Source of the DNA: Octopus bimaculoides
Taxonomy: Eukaryota
NCBI RefSeq assembly: GCF_001194135.2
Contig: NC_068985.1
Coordinates: forward strand, 36,151,348 to 36,215,347
Length of the DNA: 64,000 bases
Direction: 5' to 3'
Position numbers and translations under genes: made by a program. Shown here in pieces: positions 26,979 to 41,167 of this stretch (position 1 is the first letter of the stretch; each line of letters opens with the position of its first letter). Under the pieces are notes generated by a model that saw only the letters and a program-made list of their open reading frames with translations, was not told the DNA's origin and ran no database searches.

Positions 26979-27085
26979 TATTTGATGGGCTTCTTTCCAC
27001 TCACAAGGCTTTGGTTGGCCTGAGGCTATATTAGAAGACACTTGCGCAAGGTGCCACACAGTGGGGCTGAACCCAGAACCATGTA
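26979..27085 (-). mobile_element. tRNA-head SINE, family C, 5' part (other partial copies 37368-37498, 53748-53915, 61718-61828; 3' parts 33650-33800, 36750-36960)
   Basis: gggcttctttcc...cacaaggctttggttggcctgaggctatattagaagacacttg.gcaaggtgccac.cagtggg.ctgaacccagaaccatgt matches the full copy at 42860-43318. Confidence 0.8.
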
Positions 27086-27380
27086 TAGATAAAGGAAAAG
27101 AGAGCACAGTGGTTGTTCAAAGTAGAAAGAGTGAACCTGTGGAAAATGAGAGAGTATTGCTTTTTTTGTGTGTGATTTGTGGAAGGAATACTTGAATCAT
27201 GCAGGCCTGGTCAACCATCAGAGAATTCACAGGAATCAACCCCTTGTAAAATGTCATATGGCTATTGTTCACAACAGAATATGTGCAACCTGTGGAATGG
27301 TGTGCTTTCAGTTGAAGAATGAAAAAAGCATGTCAAAAGACTTCATACTGTGGCACCTGTTCCCTCTGCTAGCCAGCACA
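27085..27380 (+). pseudogene. Two frameshifted C2H2 zinc-finger remnants, probably the 3' end of a LINE ORF
   Basis: CVICGR/YLNHAGLVNHQRIH and ICATCGMVC/KHVKRLH can be read only across frameshifts. No splice signals were seen. Confidence 0.4.
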
Positions 27381-27516
27381 GGTGTGTGTATTATGCAATA
27401 AAATGTGTAAATCTTTGTCCAGGCTCAAGACTCATACAATCATCAATGACTCATTTCAATGATTCTTTCTAGCAATAGTTTTGCTCATATACAAGAAAGC
27501 AGCTACTACGTATGTT

Positions 27517-27581
<65 letters not shown>

Positions 27582-27632
27582 ATATATGTGTGTGTGTGTG
27601 TGTGTATGTATATATATACATATGTATATAAA

Positions 27633-27918
27633 CAGGATGTGGTGAATATATTATCGTTGAAATTACGTAAGCATGAAAATAATACTGACATCTCATTTTA
27701 ACAGATATATTTACCAAAATTACATAAAAATATCTTCAAATACTAAAGAGTAAATTTATTCAATAAAATCGCCATTGACTTCAACCACGGCCTCCAGACG
27801 ACTTTGGAATCTCCTGCAACTCTTCTGGATGGTCTCCTTGTTTAAGTTGGTGAATGCTGTAATAATCCTTGCCTTCAGTTTACCTTTGGTGTTACAAGGA
27901 ATTTTGTTGGTCTCTTAC
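27633..27918 (-). mobile_element. Tc1/mariner-superfamily 3' end (maT/DD37D-like C-terminus) with TIR, running into an N-gap
   Basis: Minus frame ETNKIPCNTKGKLKARIITAFTNLNKETIQKSCRRFQSRLEAVVEVNGDFIE*. TIR-like caggatgtggtgaatatattatcgtt at 27633 after a TA run. Confidence 0.75.
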
Positions 27919-28629
27919 NNNNNNNNNNNNNNNNNNNNNNNNNNNNNNNNNNNNNNNNNNNNNNNNNNNNNNNNNNNNNNNNNNNNNNNNNNNNNNNNNN
28001 NNNNNNNNNNNNNNNNNNNNNNNNNNNNNNNNNNNNNNNNNNNNNNNNNNNNNNNNNNNNNNNNNNNNNNNNNNNNNNNNNNNNNNNNNNNNNNNNNNNN
28101 NNNNNNNNNNNNNNNNNNNNNNNNNNNNNNNNNNNNNNNNNNNNNNNNNNNNNNNNNNNNNNNNNNNNNNNNNNNNNNNNNNNNNNNNNNNNNNNNNNNN
28201 NNNNNNNNNNNNNNNNNNNNNNNNNNNNNNNNNNNNNNNNNNNNNNNNNNNNNNNNNNNNNNNNNNNNNNNNNNNNNNNNNNNNNNNNNNNNNNNNNNNN
28301 NNNNNNNNNNNNNNNNNNNNNNNNNNNNNNNNNNNNNNNNNNNNNNNNNNNNNNNNNNNNNNNNNNNNNNNNNNNNNNNNNNNNNNNNNNNNNNNNNNNN
28401 NNNNNNNNNNNNNNNNNNNNNNNNNNNNNNNNNNNNNNNNNNNNNNNNNNNNNNNNNNNNNNNNNNNNNNNNNNNNNNNNNNNNNNNNNNNNNNNNNNNN
28501 NNNNNNNNNNNNNNNNNNNNNNNNNNNNNNNNNNNNNNNNNNNNNNNNNNNNNNNNNNNATATGAATGTATTTATATGTATGTGTTTATATATATATATT
28601 GTTGTATTTTGGGACGGTCATGTTGCCAA

Positions 28630-28940
28630 TATCATCATCATTGTTTAATGTCTGTTTTCCATGCTGGTATGGGTTGGATGGTTTGATAGGATTTGGCCAG
28701 CTGAGGAGCTGTCCAGGCTCCATTTGTCTGTTGTCGCATGATTTCTGCAGCTGAATGCCCTTCTTAATGCCAACCACTTTACAGAGTATGCTGGGTGCTT
28801 TTTACATGCCACCAGCATGGGTGCATTTATGCAGCACCAGCATGAGTGCATTTTACATGGTACCAACACCTGTAAAGGACAATGATGATCATCATCATTT
28901 TACATCTGCTTTTCCATGCCTGCATGGGTTGGATAGATCT
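28630..28940 (-). mobile_element. Family A retroposon ends (one long copy plus a short second start at about 28886)
   Basis: catcatcattgtttaatgtctgttttccatgctggtatgggttggatgg...gcccttcttaatgccaaccact. Other decayed copies lie at 31114-31330, 37921-38770, 51942-52124, 54062-54184 and 58520-58720. Confidence 0.8.
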
Positions 28941-30197
28941 TCTCTTGCACAACATCTTGCCACTTATTACTTTCCTTTATCATCTCATTCATGTCATTCA
29001 TCTTCCTGAGATTATTACTTTGCAGCTATTTACTATGAATTCAACCTAAGCCAAATCTGAACTGGTCTTTCCAATTTGCATAATAGTGCATTAAAAGTTA
29101 AATCAGTATTGCGCTACACACTGTTTTTAAGATAATTTGAAATCTCAGGTAAACCTTTTTAATAAGCAGACAATTTTATCTTACTGTAAAGAGTAAGCAA
29201 CATGACTACCATTGACTGTTCCTGCACTGTTGTGAAAATTAGACAGACTAATTCTGCTCTGTTTCAGTTTATATACTTTATAAATAATTATAAACTAAAA
29301 CTTTGTCTGTAGATAGAAGGGTATTCTTTCTTTTGATAAAAGTCTTAGCATGACTCTAGTCAGATTGATCTGTTTTCTGCACACTGAGAGATAAATTGTG
29401 TGGTGTAACCACTTTGTTTACTTTTCACAGTAAAGCTGAATTGTATCTTCTATTAAAATGTATACTAGACATTACAAATTATTTCACAAAAGAAGTGAGT
29501 AGGGCAACATCAACTAAAATGTGTGTGTGCGTGCATGTGTATACATATATCATAATGTAAGAGTAAAATGTATCAAAATATATTTTAGAGTGCAAACATT
29601 ATCTATCTATCTGTCTGTCTATCTGTGTGTGTGTGTGTGTGTTTGTGTTTGGTAGAACAGATAGGAGAAACAGAACTCAGTACATGAGTATATTTACTTT
29701 ATTATTTTTAACCAGGAGAAAGTTACAGAAGTGATTCACACACCAATAGTTTTGTGCATGGCTCTTATCAAAAAGTGCCATAAGTGACATGCTGGAAACT
29801 CTCTGCCCTTGAGTCACTTTTGTAACTTTCTATTGATTAAAAATAATAAATATATATATATAGATAGATAGATAGATAGATACAAATGTGTATGGCTAGG
29901 GTGTAGAGTTTATAAAACTTCTTGGACCAGGTAGCACATAATGTCCTTGAACAGAGCATTATATTTTATATTGCTCAAGCCCATTCCGCTGAAAATGAGT
30001 ACCAGCAGCAGCCGCCCAAAGATTATTGTACTCTCACAGTAACATAATAACATTTTTACCAATTGACTGAAAAATTAATTGAGTTTATTATTGATTTTTA
30101 TTGTTATAGGATCAACCTTTATTCTACCTCAGAGAAACTATTATTGTCTCCTCTTTTGTCCCACTTTTGTCTCAGAGATAAATTATTATGGTCCTCG

Positions 30198-30199
30198 TT

Positions 30200-30232
<33 letters not shown>

Positions 30233-30261
30233 GCTGTTGTTGTTGTTGTTGTTGTTGTTGT
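30198..30261. repeat. (TTG)n microsatellite
   Basis: Direct reading. It is the source of the poly-L/poly-C/poly-N ORFs at 30063-30346. Confidence 0.95.
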
Positions 30262-30283
30262 TATTATTATAATTATTATTATT

Positions 30284-30735
30284 GAGGCTGTGAGCTAGCA
30301 GAATTGTTAGCATGCTGGACAAAATGCTTAGTGTCATTTTGTCCACCTTTATGCTCTGGTTTCAAATGCTGCTGAGGTCGACTTTACTTTTCATCATTTC
30401 AAGGTCGATAAAAGAAGTACCAGTTGAGCATTCAGGTTGTAATTGATAAGCCCCTTCCCCCAAAATTTCAGGCCTTGTGCTTATAGTAGGAATTATTATT
30501 ATTATTTTATTATTATTATTGTTAGGGTGGCAAGCTGACTGAATCATTAGCAGGCTGGTGGCAAGCAAGTGGCATTTCATCCATCTTTATGTTCTGAGTT
30601 CAAATTCCGCCAAGGTCGACTTTGCCTTTCTTCCTTTCAGGGTTGATAAATTAAGTACCAGTCATGTACTGGGGTCAATGTGAATGACTTAACCCTCCCT
30701 ACAAATTTTAGGCCTTGTGCCTTTAGTAGAAAGGA
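30284..30735 (+). mobile_element. Two tandem family B SINEs (30284-30491, 30524-30735) separated and flanked by (ATT)n
   Basis: Each has a gcagaattgttagc / ctgaatcattagc head, gttcaaat B-box-like motif, ggtcgac, gataaa..aagtaccag core and ggccttgtgc..agtag.aaggatt end. Confidence 0.85.
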
Positions 30736-33700
30736 TTATTATTATTATTGCTTTGTTAGATTTTGAGTAAACATCATAATTCAGTTTTAATTGTCATTTT
30801 GGAGCTGCTTTGCTTAATGTTGCTAATGATCTTAGAAAAAGCATGACACAGCAGAAATATTTTTATTACTATTGTTATAAGCATGACTTCAGAGACAAAA
30901 TCTTTGGAAATAGTATGTCTGGTTTCATCTTAGATTTTTCATTAAAACTGTTTTATTTTGTTATATTAATAATTATGAGAAAATCCTAAACATACTTTTC
31001 TCATCTTCTGCAGCTTAAAGAAAAGTTCAAGAACATATTCTTGCTCTTGTTATAATCCAATCTGTAACTTAGTTCAAATATATTTTGTTCCAAATCCATT
31101 TTTGAATGTTTTATCATCATCATCATCATCATCATTTAATATCCATATTCCCTGATGGCATGAATTGAATGGTTCAACAGAATCAGACAAGTGAAAGGGC
31201 TGCTTTGAACTTTAATGTCTATTTTGGCATGTTTCTGTGATGGGATGCCCTTCCTAACGCCAGCAACTTTACAGAGTATACTGGGTGCTTTTTCATGTCA
31301 CCTGCACTAATGAGGTTGCCAAGTAGCTCAGCTGGAAAAGCAGTGATGAAGAAGATAGGGTGGTGATGTGTCTGGACTTACCATTAAGGTACAAGAGAAG
31401 AACATGAGGGGGTGGAAGGAGAAGAACAGTTGAGGGGAATGGGGAGAGAGGAATAGATGAGGTGATTGAGAGAGGATTAGCAATTGCTTATAAATTTGTC
31501 TATATCTTTTAATCATAGCTATGTCAACTCTTCCAACAAAAGACAGTGAAATATACTTATTCCCTGTCTTTACTCAGTTTTTTATTCCCCAAAATTTCAT
31601 TTCCTAAATTTTTCTTGAATATTTATTTTCCCTCATTTAATTTTGTATTTTATTTAAGTAATTCTTTATTACTTTGGTTGTTATTGTTTAGATACAGATC
31701 AACCTTGACTGATTGGAATCATAACCAATGGCATTCCAGCCTTGATTCACTAGATTCTATAACTAAAGGCACTCCAACCATGACCAATTCTCCCTTTTTT
31801 TTATTAAGAGCACAGTGTATTGAGGACTAGATTATCTAATGTGTCCATCTTTGTTTATTGAACATGGTAGAGTGATATATGCAGTAGAGTTCTCTGCTAT
31901 TTCTAGCAGAACAAGCAGTCATGTAACCAACCACTATGTTGTGACACACAAGAATGCCATATATGCTGCAAACATGTGCCACATATGGTCCACAATGTCC
32001 CACAATTTTTTAAGGCAATTTGTAAAATAGTGGAATATTCAGGAAACTTATTTTAATGCACTGCACTAGTGAATCTGTACTTCTATATAGCAAAGCGCAG
32101 TACATGCACCAATCTCTGTTTTGATGCAATTTAAATATTCTTTTTTTTTTCTTTTTCAATAAAATTTTAAAGAGCTGATGGTGTGACAACATTTGCAGAA
32201 CCTTACTCAGTGTACCATGAGTTAAAAAAATGGTTGAAAATAGTTAAGATTGCTATTTTTGTTGTTATTGTTGGTTATTATTACTGATTTGTTAGTTGTT
32301 TTTCTGCAATTTCCTTCCATCTGATCCACTGAGTCTTCTTTTATTTAACAATAGAAGCTGGTTTTCTATTGTGTAGTATGGGTGAATGGTTAAGTATTTT
32401 TGTTGTTTTCTTTTTTTCTTTACTTTTCAAATTTCTCTGTGCTACAAATATCTTAAGTTGTGCATAAAGAAAAATCAAGTAAGTGATTGAAAAAAAACAA
32501 ACAACTATCTCCTTCCCCTCAGAAAATAAAAGTTGCATCTTTATTTTATCCAAAATACCAATTTAAAAAGAACCAGAACAGTAAAAAAAAATCTGGTTTC
32601 AATATTTTTTTTAATATGTCTTTTAAATCCCTCTTCATTTTAAGTTGATCTATTCAGATTGGCAGTGCCATTTGTGAGAAGTTAAACTGTATTGTATTTG
32701 ATGTCAAGAATATATTTGTATGTTTGCATGTGTTTGTATATCTGTGTGCAAATATTCATAAAAAAAATTAATTCTATAATTCATTAAATATTGTTGGATT
32801 TTTTTTTTTTTTTTTGAAGAATTATAGTGTGCTTTAAGTACATGAAAAATAGCTTTTTCTTTCTTTTTTTCTTTTTTTTCTTTTTGCTGCATTTGTATCA
32901 AGAGAAATTTGGAATTATTTTTGTCTCACATTATTGATTCCTCTTTGTTGTTTATCAATAAAAAAAGAAATTAATGATTGTTATAGAATTGGATTTATTT
33001 GCTTGACTTGTTAGTTTCAAAACCCAGAGGATCAATAGCTAGTGATCCAAAAATCAAATATTTTCATAAAGTACTTTAAAGGTCATGTTGTCACCTAGAT
33101 GTAATATGTTGGCTAGCTTTGCAGGGAGAAAACCTGAAATATTACCTATAGGAATGAAACTTCTATATTTTTCCTTGAATTAATGAGTTTCACTTGATTT
33201 CAATTGATTTATGACTTTAACTTGGACTGGAAACATTAAAATATTTGTATAAGAAAAATTCTATGTCAAATATGGCACGTTTAAGTGAAATGAATTATCA
33301 AAGCTTAGATAGCATGTTACACCTTGGTGATTGATGGTAACTTGTTACAACTGGTTACTATAACAAAGTTAGAGCCAAGAAAAACAGAAAGCAGGTAATT
33401 ATATCTACCAAAAATTTAAAAATGAAAAAAAAATAGTCTAAGAGAAAACTTAGACATGTTTGTATTACAAGAGAAAATGGTTGATAATATGAGAAGCTTT
33501 GTCTTTTTGAAGCTACCATAAATTTGATGAACATAACACAGAAATATATAATGAGTGAGAGGTTAATCAGCTCAGAGAGAATTTAAATGGCAGACACATA
33601 TTTAAACCTCATTTATTGATACAAACATTAAAAAAAAAATTTTACATCGAGTGTTGGTATTTTTACATCCCCCATAACTTAGCAGTTCAGCAAAAGAGAC

Positions 33701-34590
33701 CAATAGAATAAGTCCTGGGGTCGATTTGTTTGACTAAAACCCTTCTAGGTGGTGCTCCAGCATGGCTGTAGTCAAATGACTGAAACAAGTAAAAGAGTAA
33801 AGATTATTTTCTTTGATTTTGTAAAACAGTTATCATCTGCTCTTTCGTGTTGGCATGGGTTAGATGGTTTTTCTGAGGCAGTGACACAGTTGGATACCCT
33901 TCCTGTTACCAACACTCCTTATGNNNNNNNNNNNNNNNNNNNNNNNNNNNNNNNNNNNNNNNNNNNNNNNNNNNNNNNNNNNNNNNNNNNNNNNNNNNNN
34001 NNNNNNNNNNNNNNNNNNNNNNNNNNNNNNNNNNNNNNNNNNNNNNNNNNNNNNNNNNNNNNNNNNNNNNNNNNNNNNNNNNNNNNNNNNNNNNNNNNNN
34101 NNNNNNNNNNNNNNNNNNNNNNNNNNNNNNNNNNNNNNNNNNNNNNNNNNNNNNNNNNNNNNNNNNNNNNNNNNNNNNNNNNNNNNNNNNNNNNNNNNNN
34201 NNNNNNNNNNNNNNNNNNNNNNNNNNNNNNNNNNNNNNNNNNNNNNNNNNNNNNNNNNNNNNNNNNNNNNNNNNNNNNNNNNNNNNNNNNNNNNNNNNNN
34301 NNNNNNNNNNNNNNNNNNNNNNNNNNNNNNNNNNNNNNNNNNNNNNNNNNNNNNNNNNNNNNNATTATTGTAAAACTTGGATACAAATAATTTTGTAAGA
34401 CTGTAATGGAATATATATGACTTGGATATTGTCATAGGTACTGATATTTGGGGAATCGTAAACACATAGATCGATGATTAAACCTTAAGGACTGAGAGCT
34501 GATTATTATTTAAACCTTAAACAGTTGTAACATGAGCCTAAATTTATTCTTACAAGCAAGATACTTATTTTTGATTAGAAAAGGAAACAA

Positions 34591-34629
<39 letters not shown>

Positions 34630-35987
34630 TCTAATATCATAAAAAGTTTGATGGACAGTTATGTTGAAGATTTTCTCCAATGGTAAAAATGTCCTTTTGT
34701 GATATGTTTTTCCTTCTTATTTAAAATTTTAGAGTTTCATCAATGAGTTGTTACACAACATTGAAACGTTTAACAGTTGTTCAGTTCTGCTTGACTAAAC
34801 CTATTGTTTAATCTGAAGTCAGTGCTAATCACGCAGATTAATGATCAAAGACTTTCCAACAATGACTGCTGTTTTAATATTTTTTTGTGATTTTTTTTTT
34901 TGTTTTTATTTTACACCAGGACTACATTATTTAATGTATCCTTCCTTTTCAAAAATAATAGTTATTCAGTTGCTATTTCTTGCAGATTGATCAATCATGT
35001 TGAGACTTATTCTTATGTTTTGTCTTTACTATGTAGTGGATGACTACATAGTGTATAATTTGGCAATCAGAACAGGCCTCAAACAATTTCTTACCTACTT
35101 TATTTGTATATGTTTAAAGGCTTTGGTCATATTCACAATGAAGATGGGCAAAATGGACTTAGCTAGCACTTAGTTGTTTTGGTTCCTCTGAATTCACTGA
35201 AGCTGATAGGTAAATTCTCATAAAATTTGGGCATATGTAACTATTGTTGTTGGAGATATTTTCTTATGTTTAGAAAATATACATCTATCAGAACCACATA
35301 GGAGAGATAATACTTTTAAAATTTCACAGCTTTTCATGACTAGTTCATTTAGTTCATTGGTTCTATATTTGCACCAAAAATGAAGCTTTGGGGGTACTTA
35401 AGGGAGCATGTTGAAATAAGGCATTTCTAAGGAAGCATTGTTCTTGTTACCACTTCGAAATTTCTTGTGATGTTACCTTTTATAAGTGTTGTGTTACTTC
35501 TTTATCTATGTAGGATGTGCTGGAAATAAAATACAGAGCCACAGAGACTGGGAACCAAAATCACTGCTCTAATTATTTGAGAAGTAATTTTTGCAGTGTA
35601 ATTTTAGGTGTTGCTTAGAATTTATGAGTATTACTCATAACATACTTTTATTATATTCATTTTTAAACTTTCTTTTGTAAGGTTCACATGTTTCATAAAT
35701 ATTGAACATTTACAAATTATATGGGCTATTCACATTAACTTGTTTTATCTTTGTTTCTGAAATTGTTCAAACTAATATTGATTTAGCCATTGTTGTTATT
35801 TTGAAGACTTTTAATCATTGATTTATTTGAAATGTTCTCAATGTTCTTCTAAATACTATCTGACTGATATTCATTCTCAACTTCCAAGGTCAACATTTGG
35901 TTTTCTTTTCATATTATTATTTATTGTTGTTTTTATTTTTATTATTTTGTTATTGTCACTGTTACTAATACTATTATTGTTTATGAG

Positions 35988-36590
35988 GTTTGGCAGAAGC
36001 ATTAGAGCAGTGGGGAAAATGCTTTGTGATATTTCTCCCAGCTTCTTACATTCTGGGTTCAAATCCTGCTGAGAAATCATTTCAGGATTGATAAAATAAA
36101 TTACCAGTCAAGTAATGGGATCAATGATTTTAAGTGCTCTCATCCCTTCAAAATTGTTGCTCTTGTACCTACATTAGAAACCATTGGTAGTATTTGTTGT
36201 TATTAAGAAAGGATAAATTAATGATTATTATTGTTAAAGTGGTGAGCAGGCAGAATCATTAGCACACCAGGCAAAATGCTTAGCAGCATTTCACCGATCT
36301 TTATGTTCTGAGTTCAAATCCTGTCAGGGTCACTTTGCCTTTCATCCTTTTGGGGTTGATAAAATAGGTACCAGTTGATCACTGGGATCGATGTAATCGA
36401 CTTACCCCATACTTGCTGGCCATGTGCCAAAATTAGAAATCAATATGCTTAGTGGCAATTTCCAGGCCTGTTACATTCTGAGTTCAAATACCAGAGGTCA
36501 ATATTGCCTTTCATCCATACAAGGTTGATAAAATAAAGTCAACTTACCCCCTCCCTAAACATTGCTGGCCTTGTGCCTAAATTTGAATCC
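35988..36590 (+). mobile_element. Cluster of three family B SINE copies or fragments
   Basis: Repeated ttctgagttcaaatcc / gataaaata..taccag / ggccttgtgcc..aatt.gaa motifs starting at about 35988, 36238 and 36445. Confidence 0.75.
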
Positions 36591-39589
36591 ATCATTATTG
36601 TTACTGTAGTTATTGTTATTTTAGTGTTATTTGGGAGACTAAAAGTGCTGTAGATTGGTGGCAAACTCCCTAAACAAGGTGAATCCGTGTTCTTATTTTT
36701 ATATGATTCATGATGGTAGTACTTTCACTTCATTTATTCTTTTCTTTTATTCTTTTACTTGTTTCAGTCATTTAACTGCAGCCATGCTGGAGCAAAACCA
36801 TGAAGGGTTTTAATCAAACAAATCGTCCTCAGGATTTAAATTTTTTAAAGCCTAGTACTTATTCTATCGGTTGCTTTTGCCAAACCGCTAAGTTATGGGG
36901 ACATAAACACACAAACATCAGTTGTCATGCAATGTGGGGACAAACAGAGATACACAGATGCACACACACATATATAATTTATTTTCAAAAGATAAAATTT
37001 TCTCTATATATAGGACACATTGAAGTGCTCAGTTTATTTGAACCATAGCATAATAGGGAAAATAATGATGAAAGACAAAAGATAGGTTACTACAACATAT
37101 TCTGTTGTAAAATTATTATATGCACAAAATCATGTACAAAAAATATATAGATATATACACTTAGAAATATATTAAAAATACATTAAAAATATATAAATAT
37201 AAATATATAAATATACTAAGAATATATATATGTTCTTGAGCAAAAGTGAGTAATACTGTGACAGGCCACTATCCCATCCAGGTGGGGAATATATATGCCA
37301 TGAAACCAGGAAATGAGCCCTTATATGTTGGCATGACTTGAGAAGGTAACATTACCTAGGAAGGTAATCCACTCAAAAGGCTTTGGTTGGTTCAAGGCTA
37401 TAGTAGAAGATACTTGCTGATGGTTCCACAAAGTGGGACTGAACTCAGAACCATGTGGTTAGAAAGCAAACTTCTTACTACACAACCAGGTCTGCATCTA
37501 TATAAGAAAAAATTAACAATGTTGCTAACACATTTAAATCAATGATTCCATGAGGTTCATGTCAGTCATTGTTGTCCAAATTAAATTTATGCTAATTATG
37601 ACTTGGTTAGAGAACATACATGAAGACAAATGGACAACTACTAAAGAAATATTTCTGTTGCTTTTTAACTTTTGTTATAATCTCAGTAACGTGAACTTGA
37701 AGTGAGATTGATGGTTTCTATCTATGTGTCTGCCAATCTATCAATCTAATTTAAATATGTATGTATGTATGTATGTATGCATGCAATGTATGTATGTATA
37801 AACTATTTCAACTGAATTCCTATTTTACAACTTGTGTTTCATGCCATACCAATCATCAGGTAAGAATGTTTTTGGCTAATAGTTGTTGTGTATGAAACAT
37901 ATATATATATACACACACATACATCATCATCATTTAGTGTCCCAGAATCTGATGAGCCAGAGGATTGTATTGAGGTCCAAAATCTGTTTTGGCATAGTTT
38001 CTACAGCTGGATGCTGACCACTTTACAGAGTGTACTGGGTACTTTTCCATGACACCAGCACAAGTGAGGTCACCAAGTAACTCTCAAGACAGAGTGGAAG
38101 GTGCAGTATTGAGAGACATAACCTTATTCCAAATGTTGAGAAGCTAAAGTATGATAGAGGGATAGGAATAAATGTCATGCGATAGAGGAGATACATGGCT
38201 ACCCCAGCTAGAAAAGGAAAAAGGATGGTGAAGATGTGTTAGGGCATATTCTCAAGGTAAAAGGAGGTGGATAGAGAGAGAGAATAGGAAAAGAGAATCG
38301 AAGATGGCTAAGCAGGTAGACTCTTAAGAGTGTGAAAGGTGAGAATAGAAGTGAATGTAAAGAATGGTGTACATGGGTGGAGGTGAAGAGAGTGGGGGAA
38401 AATAGAGAAAATATGAGTTGGTCGAAGAGGAAAAGGTAATAGGTAGCAACACATAAAAAAGTGGAGAGAGCAATGGTGTAATAAAACATAGACAGATGAG
38501 AAACAGGGAGATGATGTGAAGTGTCGGGGAAGGAGAGAGAAGATACAGTGATGGAGATGGAGATCAGAGGTACATAGGGGTGGATATAGTGAATGACAAA
38601 AAAGGTGGGGCATAAATGGTAGATGTGAGAGGATGTTCAGTGGAGAAAATGTTGTAAAGGATGATACTGGAAGTGCAGGATGGGTGGCAAAGGAAGTAGT
38701 TCTAGGAAAAGTGATAATTGATAGCACAAAAGTGGAATGAAATATGTGCAGTTCTGCTCTCATATAACTACATCAGCTGAGGAATAGTGCTGTAGTTAGA
38801 GGGATGAAGGGAAAATGATTGATGCAGAAGAGGTATTAGATGTAGTCATGGGGGGAAAAAAACTAATAAGGCAAATAATTGCTAGTTATAGCTGTAGTTT
38901 CTTTATGATTGACAGACTACTTCTACAACTACTACTACTATTACTACTACTTGTATGTGCACTAAAGTAATATTAAATCACTTGCATATAGAAACATAAA
39001 TACAATGAGCAAAAATCCTTATCTTGTAAAAATATATTTATAAATAAATAAATATAGCTACAAAAATAAGACCTAGCAAACTACAACCATAATGAAAATA
39101 CTTCTTTTATGCAAAGAGTTGTGCAAAGAGCTTTAATAAAAGTGATAAGTATAGTTAAGCAGAGGGAGCCTTGAAAACTATATCAACTTATATATATATT
39201 GAAGTAGATCCTCACCATCATTGCCATCATCATTGTAATTTTACCGTCCACTTTTCCATGCTTGTATGGATCAGCAAAATTTTAAGACACATTTCAATAT
39301 GGCTGGGTGTTCTTCTTGTTATGCACCCTTACCTGTTGCCTAGCAAGGTAATATTTCCTCTAATCCTTCAAGCACATCAGGCACAATGACCTGACATGCT
39401 TTCAAGGAAGATTGCCAACAAATAACACCACTTGGGAGACGGTGAAGCTAGTATGTGGTGTCAAAACTAGGATACTCGTGTACATACATAAGGACATGCG
39501 CATGCACACACACACACACACACACATATATGCCATGAAACCAGGAAATGAGCCCTTATGGGCTGGCAGAGTGTAAGCATCTTGAGAGG

Positions 39590-40250
39590 AAAGTTGGGCG
39601 TAAGAGACATCAGATGTTGTGTACAATAGAGATGACTGAGCTGGTATGGTTATGTGATGTGTATGGTCAAGGACAGCTGTGTAAAGAAGTACCGACCTCT
39701 AGCTGTGGTAGAGATAGACCCAGGAAGACATGGGACGAACTGGTGAAGCATGATCTTCAAATGTTGGGCTTCATAGTGGTAATGTCTAGTGAATGAGACC
39801 TTTGGCGATATGCCATGCTTGAGAAGACCTGTCAAACCAAGTGAAATCATCATCATGGCTGATGCTGATGTCATGTAACTAGTGTAAAAAAAAAAAAGCA
39901 CCTTTCGAGCATTGGGCCTTATGGAGGCAAGGTGGCCACTGCTGGTGGCACATAAAATGCACCTTTTGAGTGTTGGGCCTCATGAAGGTAATGACAAATG
40001 ACCAAGACCTTTGGCATTATGCCATGCTTGAGAAGAAGGCTCATCAAGCCAAGTGAAATCATAGTTGTGGAAGATACTGATGTCGTGCAAATGGTACCTG
40101 TGCTGGTGGCACATAAAAGCACTCATTTTACTCTTGGAGTGGTTGGCGTTAAGAAGGGCATCCAGTCATAGAAATCATGCCAAATCAAACTAGAGTCTGG
40201 TACAACCTTCCAGCTTCCCAGCCCTGGTCAAACCGTCCAACCCATTGACA
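39590..40250 (+). mobile_element. RTE LINE 3' end: ORF C-terminus, 3' UTR modules and family A end
   Basis: SCGRDRPRKTWDELVKHDLQMLG (GRPRK.W motif), followed by duplicated ccatgcttgagaagacc..caagccaagtgaaatc modules and ggttggcgttaagaagggcatcc. Confidence 0.8.
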
Positions 40251-41167
40251 TCACACGATAATTGTATTGCCATGGTGCAAACAGTATCCCTCATTTGCAA
40301 TCTTCTGTGAAAAGCAAGATTTAATTATCCCATGACCAGACATATCTAGTCATGGGGGAATATTACTTTACTTGGAAACAGGAAGGGCATATAACAATAA
40401 AAAAATCTGCCTCAACAAATTCCGTCCAACTGATGCAAGCATGGAAAAGCAGATATTAAAGGTGATGATTATGATGATATATGTATATAAGTTGATTTTA
40501 TTTTCAAGTGCTTCTTCCTTTATCATTATATGTGTGCCATTATATACAAAATGGAACTCTGTTACAATTTCGAGATTATGTCAAGAAGTTTGTCCTATAA
40601 CAGTTTGTTTTAATGATGTTGGATATTGCTTGTTATTCTTGATGGAAAATTATGGAGACAATTAGCAAAACAAAATTTATTTTCAATAAATGTATGCAAT
40701 AAATCATTCAGCTTTGATGGATATTCAGTTCACTTCTTGTATCTCAATTTCCAAAGTAATCTTTCTAGAATTTTCTTGAACACTACTGGAAAACAATGTT
40801 TTGTTTTGTTTTTCTTTTTCTTTTCTTTCCCCATAAGTATGTTAGCTGTCTACAGCTAATAACAAGCAAGTGCAGATGATGCAGAAGTGTTACTGCCGAT
40901 GCTATCAGTACTAGCTACAGTAACCTGTGTCCCTAGTAAAATTAATTAAATCATCATTATTTAACTTTTTTTATTGATTGATCAATTCCTGCATTCTTTC
41001 TATCAATGTTGTTATTATTATCCCCATCAAGAATATGGTTCATGGCAAAATTGGTAAAATGCCAGACAAAACACTTTGCAGCATTTAGTTATGCCTTTGC
41101 AGTTTGAATTCAAATCCTGCTAAAGGTTAATAAAATAAGTTGTAGTCAAGTACTTGAATCAGTTTAA

